DNA of 63,797 nt, counting the filler, from Octopus bimaculoides (taxonomy: Eukaryota), in NCBI RefSeq assembly GCF_001194135.2. It is 7 parts of 6 records of this genome, joined end to end, with 100 filler letters (N's around TTAATTAATTAA, not from the genome) between each part and the next. Parts side by side here need not be neighbours in the genome. Positions count along the whole stretch, not along the records: positions 15,726 to 30,823 come from NC_069003.1; positions 30,924 to 39,582 come from NC_069000.1; 5 more parts are not named here. One strand, given 5' to 3'. Positions within the stretch are counted from its first letter, which is position 1, and each line of letters begins with the position of its first letter. Position numbers and translations under genes: made by a program. Below are positions 26,484-37,872 of this stretch, piece after piece. The notes beneath the pieces were generated by a model. The model had not been told where the DNA came from and searched no databases. It saw nothing but the letters and a program-made list of their open reading frames with translations.

Positions 26484-26715
26484 TGGAGATTCGTGGTTAA
26501 GTGGTAAGGATGTCGGTTTCGATTCCTGGATCGGTTGATGTGTTTTACTCTTGAGCAAAACATTTCATTTCACCTGGCTTCAGTCCAATTCGCTGGCAAA
26601 AATCAGTAACCCTACGATGGACCGGCTTGACCATCCAGGTGCGGAATATTCACGCTATAAAAACCGGGAAACCGGCCCTTATGACTCGGTTCTAATCAGG
26701 AAGGTAACTTTAACA
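26484..26715 (+). mobile_element. tRNA-derived SINE, mosaic (family D-type middle, family C-type tail)
   Basis: GTGGTTAAGTGGT, B-box GGTTTCGATTCC, CTTGAGCAAAACA, GCTGGCAAAAAT, then CGATGGAC..AAACCGGGAAACCGGCCC. Confidence 0.7.
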
Positions 26716-27298
26716 AATATTCGGTCGACGCCCCGTTGCCCTCATTATTACTGAACTCATATCCCTTATTGTGGCCTTCCCCGCCTTTAGTGTAGCTGTT
26801 CTTAATTATTTTCACTTCATTGTTATTGTTCTATTTGTTTCTACAAAACCTTACCACTTCAACTGCCACTTATCCGGTGGTGGTAGCTCTGGCTGCAATG
26901 GCGCCTAAATGAGTGAAGATCATCGTTGTCGTCGTCATCGCAAGACGTGAATGGGAGGTTTCCAGTTGCTTCTACTGTACTTCCTTACACCATTCTGCCT
27001 CGTTGGTCGGCTGCCAAATTTATCGTTCATATTTATGTTTTGAAAATTTCTGTTAAATAAAAATTCCTCTCAAATGTATAGCCCCATTGGAATGAGAACA
27101 ATAGAAGCAACGAGCCCCTTGGGGTGGAGGTCAATTCGGCAACAACTTGTAAGAAAATCGACAAAACTAAATTCCCAAACGGACACGTTAGCAACAAACT
27201 TTTACCAATTTAGAGAGCAGAACAAAACGAGAATGATGCAAATAATAAAGAAAATAAATAAATAATACGAAAAACGCCAAGAACAGTAATAATAATAA

Positions 27299-27605
27299 TT
27301 TCGAATTTTTGCCACAAGGACAGCTTGGGGGGGGGGGATTAAGTCGATTTCATTGACCCCCATGTTCAACTGATATTTATTTTATCGACCTCGAAAGGTT
27401 GAAAGGCAATGTCGACCGCGGGGGGAATTTGTATTCAGGACGTAAAGACGGACGAAATGCCGCTAAGCCGACGTGGTAACAATTCTGCCAACTCGCCGTT
27501 TTGTTATTAACAATAATCATAATAATTAACAATAATCATAATAGTGGTTTCAAATTTTAGCACAAGGCCAGCAAATTTGAGGAAGAGTGTAAGATGATTT
27601 CATCG
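27299..27605 (-). mobile_element. SINE family B copy (27299-27500) plus a second tail fragment
   Basis: Same body motifs as 19551-19755. Confidence 0.8.
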
Positions 27606-27639
27606 ATTGGTGACTTCATCTTGATAGTTTCTTTCACTA

Positions 27640-27676
27640 CATTTCGTTTGCTGTATGCTCCAACCATCTTCAGGAG
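27640..27676 (-). ncRNA. Degenerate hammerhead-like motif in a probable Penelope pLTR remnant
   Basis: Minus strand CTGAAGA-T-GGTTG..CAGCA-AAC-GAAA-TGT-A. Confidence 0.3.
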
Positions 27677-27906
27677 TCTTGCGTTGAACTCAGTTGCTGT
27701 ACCAGGGTTTTGAACCTTACGCTTTTTTTGATACACAAAGGTACACTGTTCTCATTCCGCTGTTAAAAATTCCTCCCTCGGGATTTTCTTCATCTCAATG
27801 AATGAGGAAGGACGCAAGTTCTCTGCAGGGTTCAGAACGAAACTCAGTACTTTATCGTGAAAATATTCAATATTCTACGATTATGTGACTCATTGTGGCT
27901 TGGTAC

Positions 27907-27970
<64 letters not shown>

Positions 27971-29216
27971 GTTTGTATGCATGTATAAGCAATACCCAAG
28001 TGTATGGAATGATATCAAATTATCAAATGCATTTCGTTATGTAAAGCACGTTCGTATTTCTTTCTTTGGCTCGTTCGTTTCTACGCCATAATGTCGTGAC
28101 AGAACCTTTTTTTTTATCTGTTGCTTTACTACGTATTAATGTTCTCCAGATGTGCAAGTATTCTTATTGCGTATCACATATATAATCACTAAATATCTTG
28201 TGGGCAAGTAATGCATAGTAACGTATACGTATAACCCATTGTAATAAACTTCAAAGTATTTCAGGTAAATTCCAAGTTTGGTATTTAGCACTGGTGCAAG
28301 TTTGTTTACGTTAAAATGACATCTTGTTTGTTTACGTTGAAAAGACTCAATAGAAAACAAACCGTTTCTATATAATTATTCAAAGAAAAACAAGGAAATT
28401 CTAAAGCGCTTACCTCGGGATAAAATGTTTGCGTTCCGTCTTCATTGACAGTAGAACTGCAGATCGTTTGTAATTCCTAGGGCTTGTTTTTTATTGAGTC
28501 GCACAACAGCTTTCCTTATATATGTATATATAAAGTATGCTCAAACCGAAATTATGAAATTTCCTTCATCGTACAATCAGAAAATCGGTGAAGCAACGAG
28601 CAATTCGAACACGGCCGTGCGGAAAACGACTGTTACTTTTTCACCGATGTGCTGCAAAAAACACATACTTTTCAATTTTGTTTTATATTATAACATTATA
28701 TTCTGTGATAATTATTGTGTTTGACAATATTTTTATGCTCAAATCTAGGTTTTATTTCATTTTAATCTGTTTATTGTGTAACAACTTCACCTCGCACCTT
28801 CACATCAATTATATATAACTTTGTTTCCAGATTACTTATTTTATTGTTGTATACACATATATCCGCCGATAGCCAATAAATGAATTATTAACGTTATCAT
28901 TACTATTATTATTAATATTATTATTGACAACATTACTGTTTTTGCTTGTAAACATTTAGGTATATTTGTTGGCATGTGTGTGCTTATGCTATACATACGT
29001 GTGTATATTAAAGTGAGCATATGTGTTCGAATCGAGATATTAATCTCAACAAACTGACAGAGACTAGACGATTTTACTGTAGGCATAGAACAAGTAAATT
29101 TATCACATTTTTTTTTATAAATATTAAAATGTTCTTACATATATGTCTTTGATACTTAATTACATTCTATACACACACACACATGCATGCACAAATATAT
29201 ATGTGTGTATATACAT

Positions 29217-29277
<61 letters not shown>

Positions 29278-29790
29278 CACACATATATATTTGTGTATGC
29301 ATGTGTGTGTGTATATAATNNNNNNNNNNNNNNNNNNNNNNNNNNNNNNNNNNNNNNNNNNNNNNNNNNNNNNNNNNNNNNNNNNNNNNNNNNNNNNNNN
29401 NNNNNNNNNNNNNNNNNNNNNNNNNNNNNNNNNNNNNNNNNNNNNNNNNNNNNNNNNNNNNNNNNNNNNNNNNNNNNNNNNNNNNNNNNNNNNNNNNNNN
29501 NNNNNNNNNNNNNNNNNNNNNNNNNNNNNNNNNNNNNNNNNNNNNNNNNNNNNNNNNNNNNNNNNNNNNNNNNNNNNNNNNNNNNNNNNNNNNNNNNNNN
29601 NNNNNNNNNNNNNNNNNNNNNNNNNNNNNNNNNNNNNNNNNNNNNNNNNNNNNNNNNNNNNNNNNNNNNNNNNNNNNNNNNNNNNNNNNNNNNNNNNNNN
29701 NNNNNNNNNNNNNNNNNNNNNNNNNNNNNNNNNNNNNNNNNNNNNNNNNNNNNNNNNNNNNNNNNNNTCTAGAAATGAAATTATTTATAT

Positions 29791-29858
29791 ATGCACCTTT
29801 TTAAAGCCTATACCGTGCTCATGGGCCCGGTTTCCCGGTTTCTATCGCGTATATGTGT
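29791..29858 (-). mobile_element. SINE family C 3' end
   Basis: Reverse complement matches 32675-32735 (GAAACCGGGAAACCGGGCCCATGAGC...GCTTTAAAAAGGTGCAT). Confidence 0.75.
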
Positions 29859-29960
29859 ATTTAAAAGTCGTATTATATGTAAAATCATACCGAATTACTG
29901 ATCCCATCAGCTGTTCTATCCATTTCTATGTTTAGCCCCCGGTGGGCAATAAAGAATTTG

Positions 29961-30054
29961 GTATTTCGTCGGCCGCTACGTTCTGAGTTCAAATTCCGCC
30001 GAGGTCGACTATGCCTCTCATCCTTTCGGCGTCGATTAAATAAGTACCAGTTAC
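29961..30054 (+). mobile_element. SINE family B internal fragment
   Basis: TACGTTCTGAGTTCAAATTCCGCCGAGGTCGAC...TAAGTACCAGTT. Confidence 0.85.
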
Positions 30055-30969
30055 TTAGAATTTTTACCTATTACCCCGACTTCAATTAATGTTTATCAGT
30101 GAAAATTTGTGCTTGTAGTTGTCTTGTGACTCATATTTTTAGCGTACTGCTGCTACCTATAATGCCCTTATTAAGTAATTAATAATTTTTTACCTCATGA
30201 TATTGCTTTACGCATGCTATGCCACTTGATATCATTGTAAACAACAATATCCTTATACATATATATGTATATGTACACATATACACGTGTGTTTGTGTTT
30301 CTGTGCGTGTATCGTTTCCTTGATCTCACATTTTTTTGATGGAGTTTTAAAAGTGGAGCGTGTCGTGAACGCATTTTCAGCCGCTCCCTCTGCAAAATTG
30401 ATCGTCGTCAATTTCTCCTAGGGGAAGAAAGAAAATCCGTTTTCGGTATTCTCTCTGGCAGATTCACCTAATTATATTGTTAGCCCTTTGTCGACAGTGT
30501 CTGGTTACATACCTGTGTATGTGTTGGCGTGTATGCATATATAGGATGAGATTTGTGTATGTGTGTATAGATATAGATTTGTGTGTCGAGTGTGTCTGCG
30601 TATGTACAAGGTGCGTTGGCTAAATTGAATATCAATACACCGTGTAGGTGTGTTTATACCTAATATTCCTGTTGTATGTGCACAGAACGCAACCCGGTTA
30701 AGTGAAGATGTCCACTCTTGGGAATTTAGACATGCACGTTTCATATAAAGTTACTTTCTATAGTGTGTCCGAAGTTCAGATTCCAAGTAATGCTCACCTT
30801 AGATATAAATATATATATATATANNNNNNNNNNNNNNNNNNNNNNNNNNNNNNNNNNNNNNNNNNNNTTAATTAATTAANNNNNNNNNNNNNNNNNNNNN
30901 NNNNNNNNNNNNNNNNNNNNNNNATTTATAATATGTGTGTGTGTGTATACATATACATATTTATGTATA

Positions 30970-31082
<113 letters not shown>

Positions 31083-31156
31083 AGGATGGATGGATGGATA
31101 GATAGATAGATAGATAGATAGATAGAGAGATAAATAGATGCATGCATATATATATG

Positions 31157-31210
<54 letters not shown>

Positions 31211-31252
31211 TGTATGNNNNNNNNNNTATATATATATATATATATATACACG

Positions 31253-31287
<35 letters not shown>

Positions 31288-31489
31288 GCACATTTATATA
31301 TACATAGATACATATAGACACATGTACATATAGAAACAGGTAAATTGGGACCATTTAAATATCTTTATTATAACTGGTATAACTCGGAAAAAATCAAATA
31401 CTGCAAATGTTATGCTTATGTCAATTTATTGTGGAGTGTTTAGCATTTATTTCAGTTCAATTTGACCGCCATTTGCTGTCTTTACTAGT

Positions 31490-31706
31490 TCAATCCATTT
31501 ATGTTTTGCTCGTGTTTTGTGGTTATTTGTATTAGTTTTCCTTGCTTCTGGAGTAGGTATTTTTGCAGTCCTATGGTGGTTATTTTATAATAGTTTTCCA
31601 GCTGTATAAGACCCCTGCCACCTTCTGTGCGTTGTATATATAGCCTTTCTATGTCAGATTTTGGGTGGTGCATCCTATATCCTGTCATTATTTTTCTTGT
31701 TTTTCC
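31490..31706 (-). mobile_element. R4/Dong-clade LINE fragment (post-RT region)
   Basis: KTRKIMTGYRMHHPKSDIERLYIQRTEGGRGLIQLE, equivalent to the motif at ~6620-6730. Confidence 0.8.
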
Positions 31707-33051
31707 ATTTCACTGAATGCTCAATTGATTGAAGCCTTCAGTGAAGACACTCAGTTGAGAGAAGTTGCATTAGATATTACTTCAACTGTGCCCCATAGGC
31801 AAAAACCACAGAGTTTTAAATCTGGTGAGTTAAAGGACCAGATATTTTTTGAGACAAACATGAGAAATACCTTCTTCAAAAATTCTTGCACTCTTTTCGA
31901 AGAATGGGCAGGCATGGAGCCATGTACAAATATGACTTGACTTGCATCAGAATGCTTACTTATCCAAGGCAACAAAATTTCTAAGATTTTGAAATACTCT
32001 GCTGTGTTGATTTTAAGACCCACTTCAATAAAAGGAGGAGGCATCGATTTCCCATCACTTGCAACAGCTCCAAAGACCATAAGGGAAGCCGGATTCTTGC
32101 TATGCATAGCTGAAGGAACTTAAGAAAGGTCGTTTGCTATTACTAAGTCTATCATGTACTTCTTTTCATCCATGAAGATGCATACATCTCCACCACAATG
32201 TTCCAGGTGATTAAGAAGTTGGGAATTTCTTTCAGCTTGAATGTTTGGGAAGTGAGTTGTTAGAATGTTATGGAGTTTCCTCATGTATGATTGCATATGG
32301 CGGTCTTGTCTTACAGCCCTAGAAACAGTCATTTTACTGATTCCTCGATCTTGAGCCAGCTTTGCCATTAGTTTTGACGTGTTCAACTATATCAATCATT
32401 TAAGTCCTGCTAAGAAGTGAGGTGTGGAGGCACAATGGCCCAGTAGTTAGGGCAGCGGACTCACGGTCATGGGATCGCGGTTTCGATTCCCAGACCGGGT
32501 GTTGTGTGTGTTTATTGAGCGAAAACACCTAAAGCTCCACGAGGCTCCGGCGGGGGAGGGGGGGGGTGATGCCTGTTGTACTCTTTTGCCCCTACTTTCT
32601 CTCACTCTTTCTTCCTGCTTCTTGAGTAAAGTTGCAATGGACTGGCGTCCCGTGCAGCTGTGGAGGGGAACACATATGTCACAGAAACTGGGAAACTGGG
32701 CCCATGAGCCTGGCTAAGCTTTAAAAGGGCACATAATAAAAAAAAAGAAGTGAGGTCACTGAGAGGACTGTGAGGCTTTCTCTGAACATCCTGAATTTTC
32801 TTCAAATTGGCTACAACTCTAAAAACAGCAGATGTGGTATACTTTGCGGCTCTAACAATCTCCTCAGCACTTTTGCCGGTGCAGGATAATTCAGCAATTA
32901 CGCTTTCACAGTTTAATTCTTTATTAACGTTCATAATTTGGTCAATCACAAATAAAAAAATAGTGCAAGTGATTATTCAAGCTGGTAATATTTAAAATTT
33001 AGACGCCAACAAAATCTATACAATCAGAAATATACTCAGTTGAAACTTCTG
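31707..33051 (-). mobile_element. Tc1/mariner superfamily DD37D (maT) transposon, dead, interrupted by a SINE, 3' end lost
   Basis: N-terminal HTH region (32934-32757), FMDEKK, PASLMVFGAVASDGK, PAH, WSFNSPDL; exactly 37 residues between the two C-terminal catalytic positions; putative end TA|CAG at 33051-33053. Confidence 0.85.
32424..32744 (+). mobile_element. tRNA-derived SINE family C, full length with 12-bp TSD
   Basis: A-box TGGCCCAGTAGTTAGG, B-box GGTTTCGATTCCC, A-rich tail, TSD AAGAAGTGAGGT at 32412-32423 and 32745-32756. Confidence 0.92.
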
Positions 33052-34427
33052 TATGTATGTGTGTATGTGTGAATACATTTCACTTCATATTATGTATAAT
33101 TTAGAAATTAAATCAGATCTAATCAATGAGAAACATGTTGATGTGCTATGATAACGTGTTGATGTAAAAATATGTAAAATTGATTGTAATCTCATTTGTA
33201 ATAATCAAAAGATATTTTTTAATAGTTCTAGAAATAAGGAAAAGAAAGTTACCACGTGTTGAACCAAAAAAGTCTTAATATAATTTTGTTAATTCTTCCT
33301 GTCTGTTGAAGTTAACATTACTCTAAATTAACTAATTAATGTTAACATTTTTCTCATTTGTATTTAAAGTCTCCTCCTCCCTCCCTCCTCCTCCCTCCCT
33401 CCTCNNNNNNNNNNNNNNNNNNNNNNNNNNNNNNNNNNNNNNNNNNNNNNNNNNNNNNNNNNNNNNNNNNNNNNNNNNNNNNNNNNNNNNNNNNNNNNNN
33501 NNNNNNNNNNNNNNNNNNNNNNNNNNNNNNNNNNNNNNNNNNNNNNNNNNNNNNNNNNNNNNNNNNNNNNNNNNNNNNNNNNNNNNNNNNNNNNNNNNNN
33601 NNNNNNNNNNNNNNNNNNNNNNNNNNNNNNNNNNNNNNNNNNNNNNNNNNNNNNNNNNNNNNNNNNNNNNNNNNNNNNNNNNNNNNNNNNNNNNNNNNNN
33701 NNNNNNNNNNNNNNNNNNNNNNNNNNNNNNNNNNNNNNNNNNNNNNNNNNNNNNNNNNNNNNNNNNNNNNNNNNNNNNNNNNNNNNNNNNNNNNNNNNNN
33801 NNNNNNNNNNNNNNNNNNNNNNNNNNNNNNNNNNNNNNNNNNNNNNNNNNNNNNNNNNNNNNNNNNNNNNNNNNNNNNNNNNNNNNNNNNNNNNNNNNNN
33901 NNNNNNNNNNNNNNNNNNNNNNNNNNNNNNNNNNNNNNNNNNNNNNNNNNNNNNNNNNNNNNNNNNNNNNNNNNNNNNNNNNNNNNNNNNNNNNNNNNNN
34001 NNNNNNNNNNNNNNNNNNNNNNNNNNNNNNNNNNNNNNNNNNNNNNNNNNNNNNNNNNNNNNNNNNNNNNNNNNNNNNNNNNNNNNNNNNNNNNNNNNNN
34101 NNNNNNNNNNNNNNNNNNNNNNNNNNNNNNNNNNNNNNNNNNNNNNNNNNNNNNNNNNNNNNNNNNNNNNNNNNNNNNNNNNNNNNNNNNNNNNNNNNNN
34201 NNNNNNNNNNNNNNNNNNNNNNNNNNNNNNNNNNNNNNNNNNNNNNNNNNNNNNNNNNNNNNNNNNNNNNNNNNNNNNNNNNNNNNNNNNNNNNNNNNNN
34301 NNNNNNNNNNNNNNNNNNNNNNNNNNNNNNNNNNNNNNNNNNNNNNNNNNNNNNNNNNTCTTCTTCTTCTTCTTCTTCTTCTTCTTCTTCTTCTTCTTCT
34401 TCTTCTTCTTCTTCTTCTTCTTCTTCA

Positions 34428-34650
34428 GTGGTAAGCTGGCAGAATTGTTACCATACCAGGTGAAATGCTTAACAATATTTTGTCCATCTTCACATTCTGA
34501 CTTCAATTTCTGCTGAGGTCGACTTTGCTTTTCATCCTTTCGGCTCAACATATTAAGTACCAGTTGAGTACTGGGGTCAATGTAATCGACTTAACCCCTC
34601 CCCCGCAAATTTCAGGTCTTGTGCCTTCAGTAGAAAGAATTATTGTTATT
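34428..34650 (+). mobile_element. SINE family B, full length
   Basis: Head AGCTGGCAGAA, GAGGTCGACTTTGC, TAAGTACCAG, tail followed by (TTA)n. Confidence 0.85.
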
Positions 34651-34654
34651 ATTA

Positions 34655-34745
34655 TTATTTATTGTCTTTGCACAGCTTCTATCGCTGGAGATGTACTATG
34701 GTGCCAGCCGTTCACTACCAGTGAACTAAGGTAACAACCCTTATT
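34655..34745 (-). mobile_element. Possible LINE 3'UTR tip ending in a (TAA)n tract
   Basis: Minus strand reads ...GAAGCTGTGCAAAGACAATAAATAATAATAA; no coding part present. Confidence 0.3.
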
Positions 34746-34865
34746 TTTTGAGCACCAGCCAGAGTATTCTTATGGTACAGCTGCATATAACAAGCAACTA
34801 TTGATGAAATAGCATACAATTTGTACTGTAACCCCACTATTACACAGGCAATACTCAGAATGACT

Positions 34866-35080
34866 AAGGTAGCTAGCTGGCAGAATCAGTACCATGCCAG
34901 GCAGAATGCTTAGTGATTTTCTGTTCATCTTTATGTTCTGAGTTCAAATTCTATCAAGGTCGACTTTGCCTTTCATCCTTGGATTGATAAAACAAGTACC
35001 ATTTGAGCACTAGGGCTGATGTAAATGACTTATCCCTTCCTCCCAAATTGCTGGCCTTGTACCAAAATTTGAAACCAATA
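34866..35080 (+). mobile_element. SINE family B, full length, diverged
   Basis: AGCTGGCAGAATC, TTCTGAGTTCAAATT, GTCGACTTTGCCTTTCATCC, CCAAAATTTGAAACC. Confidence 0.85.
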
Positions 35081-35449
35081 TTCAGGATGTCTGCTTTCAT
35101 TTAAAGCTGTTACTTCACATAAGCTTTTGGCCAACAACTTTTGATATGATTTATTTTCAATGCAAGATAATGAATTGTCAAAGCCTCTGGGTCTCGATAT
35201 GATAAATGTTTTTGTAAGTTCATGCAGTTTCTTTCTTCATTTTCAACTTGAATTTCTATTGAGACTAATCTGTCAATATCACCTCTCTTTCTTTTTTACC
35301 TTCATCATGAAGAATAATCAACAAATGACAATGAAGAAGAGTACATTTCTGAAATTCCATAATGTGAATGTTGGACAACTGGGACTCCAAAAATATGTTT
35401 CCTAAGATATGTTGTTCCTTCAAATAATTCATTAAGGTAGGGTTAATCT

Positions 35450-35770
35450 TGGCACTCTGTCAGTTATGACGATAATGGTTCCAGTTGATTCAATCAACAG
35501 AGCAGCCTGATCATGAAATTAATGTGCAAATGGCTGAACACTCCACAGACACATATAACCTTAACACAGTTTTCAGGGAGATTCAGTGTGACACAGAATT
35601 TGATAAGGCTGACCCTTTGAAATGCAGGTACAACTCATTTTTGCCAGCTGAGTGGGCTGGAACAGTGTGAAATAAAGTGTCTTGCTCAAGGACAGAATGT
35701 GCCACCGGAAATTGAACTCACAACCTTACGATTGTGAGCTGAATACTCTAAGCACCAAGCCCTGCACCTT
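35450..35770 (-). mobile_element. tRNA-derived SINE family D
   Basis: Minus strand head with B-box GAGTTCAATTTCC, TCCTTGAGCAAGACACTTT, CAGCTGGCAAAAATGAG. Confidence 0.8.
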
Positions 35771-35949
35771 CATTAAGGTAGGCTTGATACACCTGAGGTA
35801 TTAAGTCTGGTCATTTTTTCCTAATTTCATTTCTTTTGACATTGTTTATAATATCTGGGCCTTTTGGATTATAGATGTCTATTAGAAAGTGAAACTTGCT
35901 ATTCTTTGTTATTGTTGCTTGAGCATCTGAGAAGTATTAGTTCTTCAGT

Positions 35950-36298
35950 TCTTCATACATGGATTTCGAAAGAAAGAAAGAAGGATTTCAAAAGTTCTTC
36001 TTACATAAATTTCAAAAGAAAGAAGGATTTCGAAAGTTCTTCTCACATGGATTTTGAAAGAAAGAAGAAAGATTTTGAAAGTTCTTCTCACATGGATTTC
36101 GAAAGAAAGAAGAAGGATTTCGAAAGTTCTTCTCACATGGATTTTGAAAGAAAGAAGAAGGATTTCGAAAGTTCTTCTTACATGGATTTCGAAAGAAAGA
36201 AGAAGGATTTTGAAAGTTCTTCTTACATGGATTTCGAAAGAAAGAAGAAGGATTTCAAAAATTCTTCTTACATGGATTTCGAAAGAAAGAAGAAAGAA
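35950..36298. repeat. 45-bp minisatellite (CATGGATTTCGAAAGAAAGAAGAAGGATTTCGAAAGTTCTTCT(C/T)A), ~7.5 units
   Basis: Unit starts at 35958, 36004, 36046, 36091, 36136, 36181, 36226, 36271. Confidence 0.95.
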
Positions 36299-36420
36299 GT
36301 GTAATTGATATTTTGGATTTAAGTTCTAGTGTTGGTAACTGTTGATTTGCAGCTGTGATTAATTGTTTCTCATAAACAGTAAATGGCACCCTTTAGCCAT
36401 GACATACAAAAACAAAAGCA

Positions 36421-36505
36421 CTGGGGGCTATTCGTTAGACAAAAGTCCTTCAAGGTGGCACTCCAGCATGGGCACAATCTAATAACTGAAACAAGCAAAA
36501 GGATA
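36421..36505 (+). mobile_element. SINE family A tail fragment
   Basis: CTTCAAGGTGGCACTCCAGCATGG...ACTGAAACAAGCAAAAG. Confidence 0.7.
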
Positions 36506-37440
36506 AAAATTCCATCAAATGAATATTAATAAAGAAACTTTCTTGGTCTACAAATGCCACTGAAGCCATCTCTAATTGCAAGATGCTAAAAGTAGATGTC
36601 TTGCATAGTCACTTTATTTTAAATATAGGTTTATTGATTTTTCAATGTTACATAATATTTTGCCATCTAAGCTCACAACTGAGAATAAAGTTTGACACAC
36701 AGAATATTTACCTTTCCTGATGATGGATTTGAACAATTATTGAAAGATTTTAGATCTGTTTATTCTTTGTATTAAAAAAAGAAACAATAATAAACCCAAT
36801 GTTTATTTTTCACCCAGGGAAATACTTTCAACTTCTTTAAGGAAAAATACTCTTTCATTTCAGTATTTCTTTATTTCTGGAGCCCATGAAAGTAAATGTG
36901 TTTGCTTTGTCAAAATTGGTGATGAGAGGGTTTTCCTTTGCCACAAAATGTGAATGTTTTCCTTGCAAATTATTATGGAAAGACATTTTCCTAGAAAACG
37001 AAGGGATGAAAATATTCAATAATGAGAATAAAATAAATAATGGACAGTTGAGTACCCAAACAAGACATTGTCACTTCACACACAACTAGACTCTTATTTA
37101 TTCAATTTTAGGAGGTGTTACGCCTTTGCTAATGATGGTTTTGAACAATTATGGAAAGATATTAGATTAGTTTTTTGTTCATTATAGATAACGAGGAATT
37201 TGAACAGTTATTTAAAGATATTAGGATAGATTACTTATCAAAAATAAATAAAACTGACAATTTCAACCAGGAAAATGTCTTTATGGAGTGTTTTTCTGCC
37301 AAGGTAAACATTTTTACTTGTTGTCCAAGTGTTAAATACAAACACATACAATGACAAGCTTTATCATACAGATATGGCAAAGCCTTTTGTTCGTTCCTCT
37401 ACCAATTCTGCTAATTCATAAGCAAAACAATAATAATAAC

Positions 37441-37815
37441 GGTTTCAAATTTTGGCACAAGGCCAGCAATTACAGTAGGAATGGATTAGTCAATAACATC
37501 AGCCTTAGACTGGCACCTTATTTCATTGACCCCAAAAGGACGAAAAGCAAAGTTGATCACAGTGCTTAGCATTTTGTCAGAAGTGCTAATGATTCTGTCA
37601 GCTTGTTGCCTATACTAATAAGGATAATAATAATCATAGTTTCTGGCATTGGTGAAGGGAACAGTTAATTAAACTGTAGTCATTACTTACTTTATTTCAT
37701 CCATCTCAGTGGGATGAAATGTGAAGTTGACCTGTGCAGGATTTGAACTCAGAATGTAAAAGGAACATAACCCAAGCATTTTGTATAGTAGTACTTTTCT
37801 GCCATTTCTGCCACT
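37441..37815 (-). mobile_element. Two adjacent diverged SINE family B copies (37441-37611, 37641-37815)
   Basis: GGTTTCAAATTTTGGCACAAGGCCAG; ATTTGAACTCAGAATGTAAA. Confidence 0.7.
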
Positions 37816-37827
37816 TCATCACTGCAC

Positions 37828-37872
<45 letters not shown>

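Noticed and set aside
31800-31925. Both C-terminal catalytic Asp codons of maT changed to Gly (A-to-G) as a trace of ADAR editing
   Set aside because: DNA transposons are not copied through RNA, and two transitions in a heavily decayed copy are unremarkable.
32424-32495. tRNA genes at SINE heads (also 35700-35770, 46555-46625, 51050-51122)
   Set aside because: A/B boxes are present but there is no complete cloverleaf, and each continues into a SINE body.
35167-35213. Plus-strand 47-nt micro-exon (DNELSKPLGLDMINVF)
   Set aside because: Splice-like signals occur by chance at this frequency in 64 kb of AT-rich DNA; peptide not recognised.
35950-36298. CRISPR-like array
   Set aside because: Units are contiguous with no unique spacers, there are no cas genes and the context is eukaryotic.
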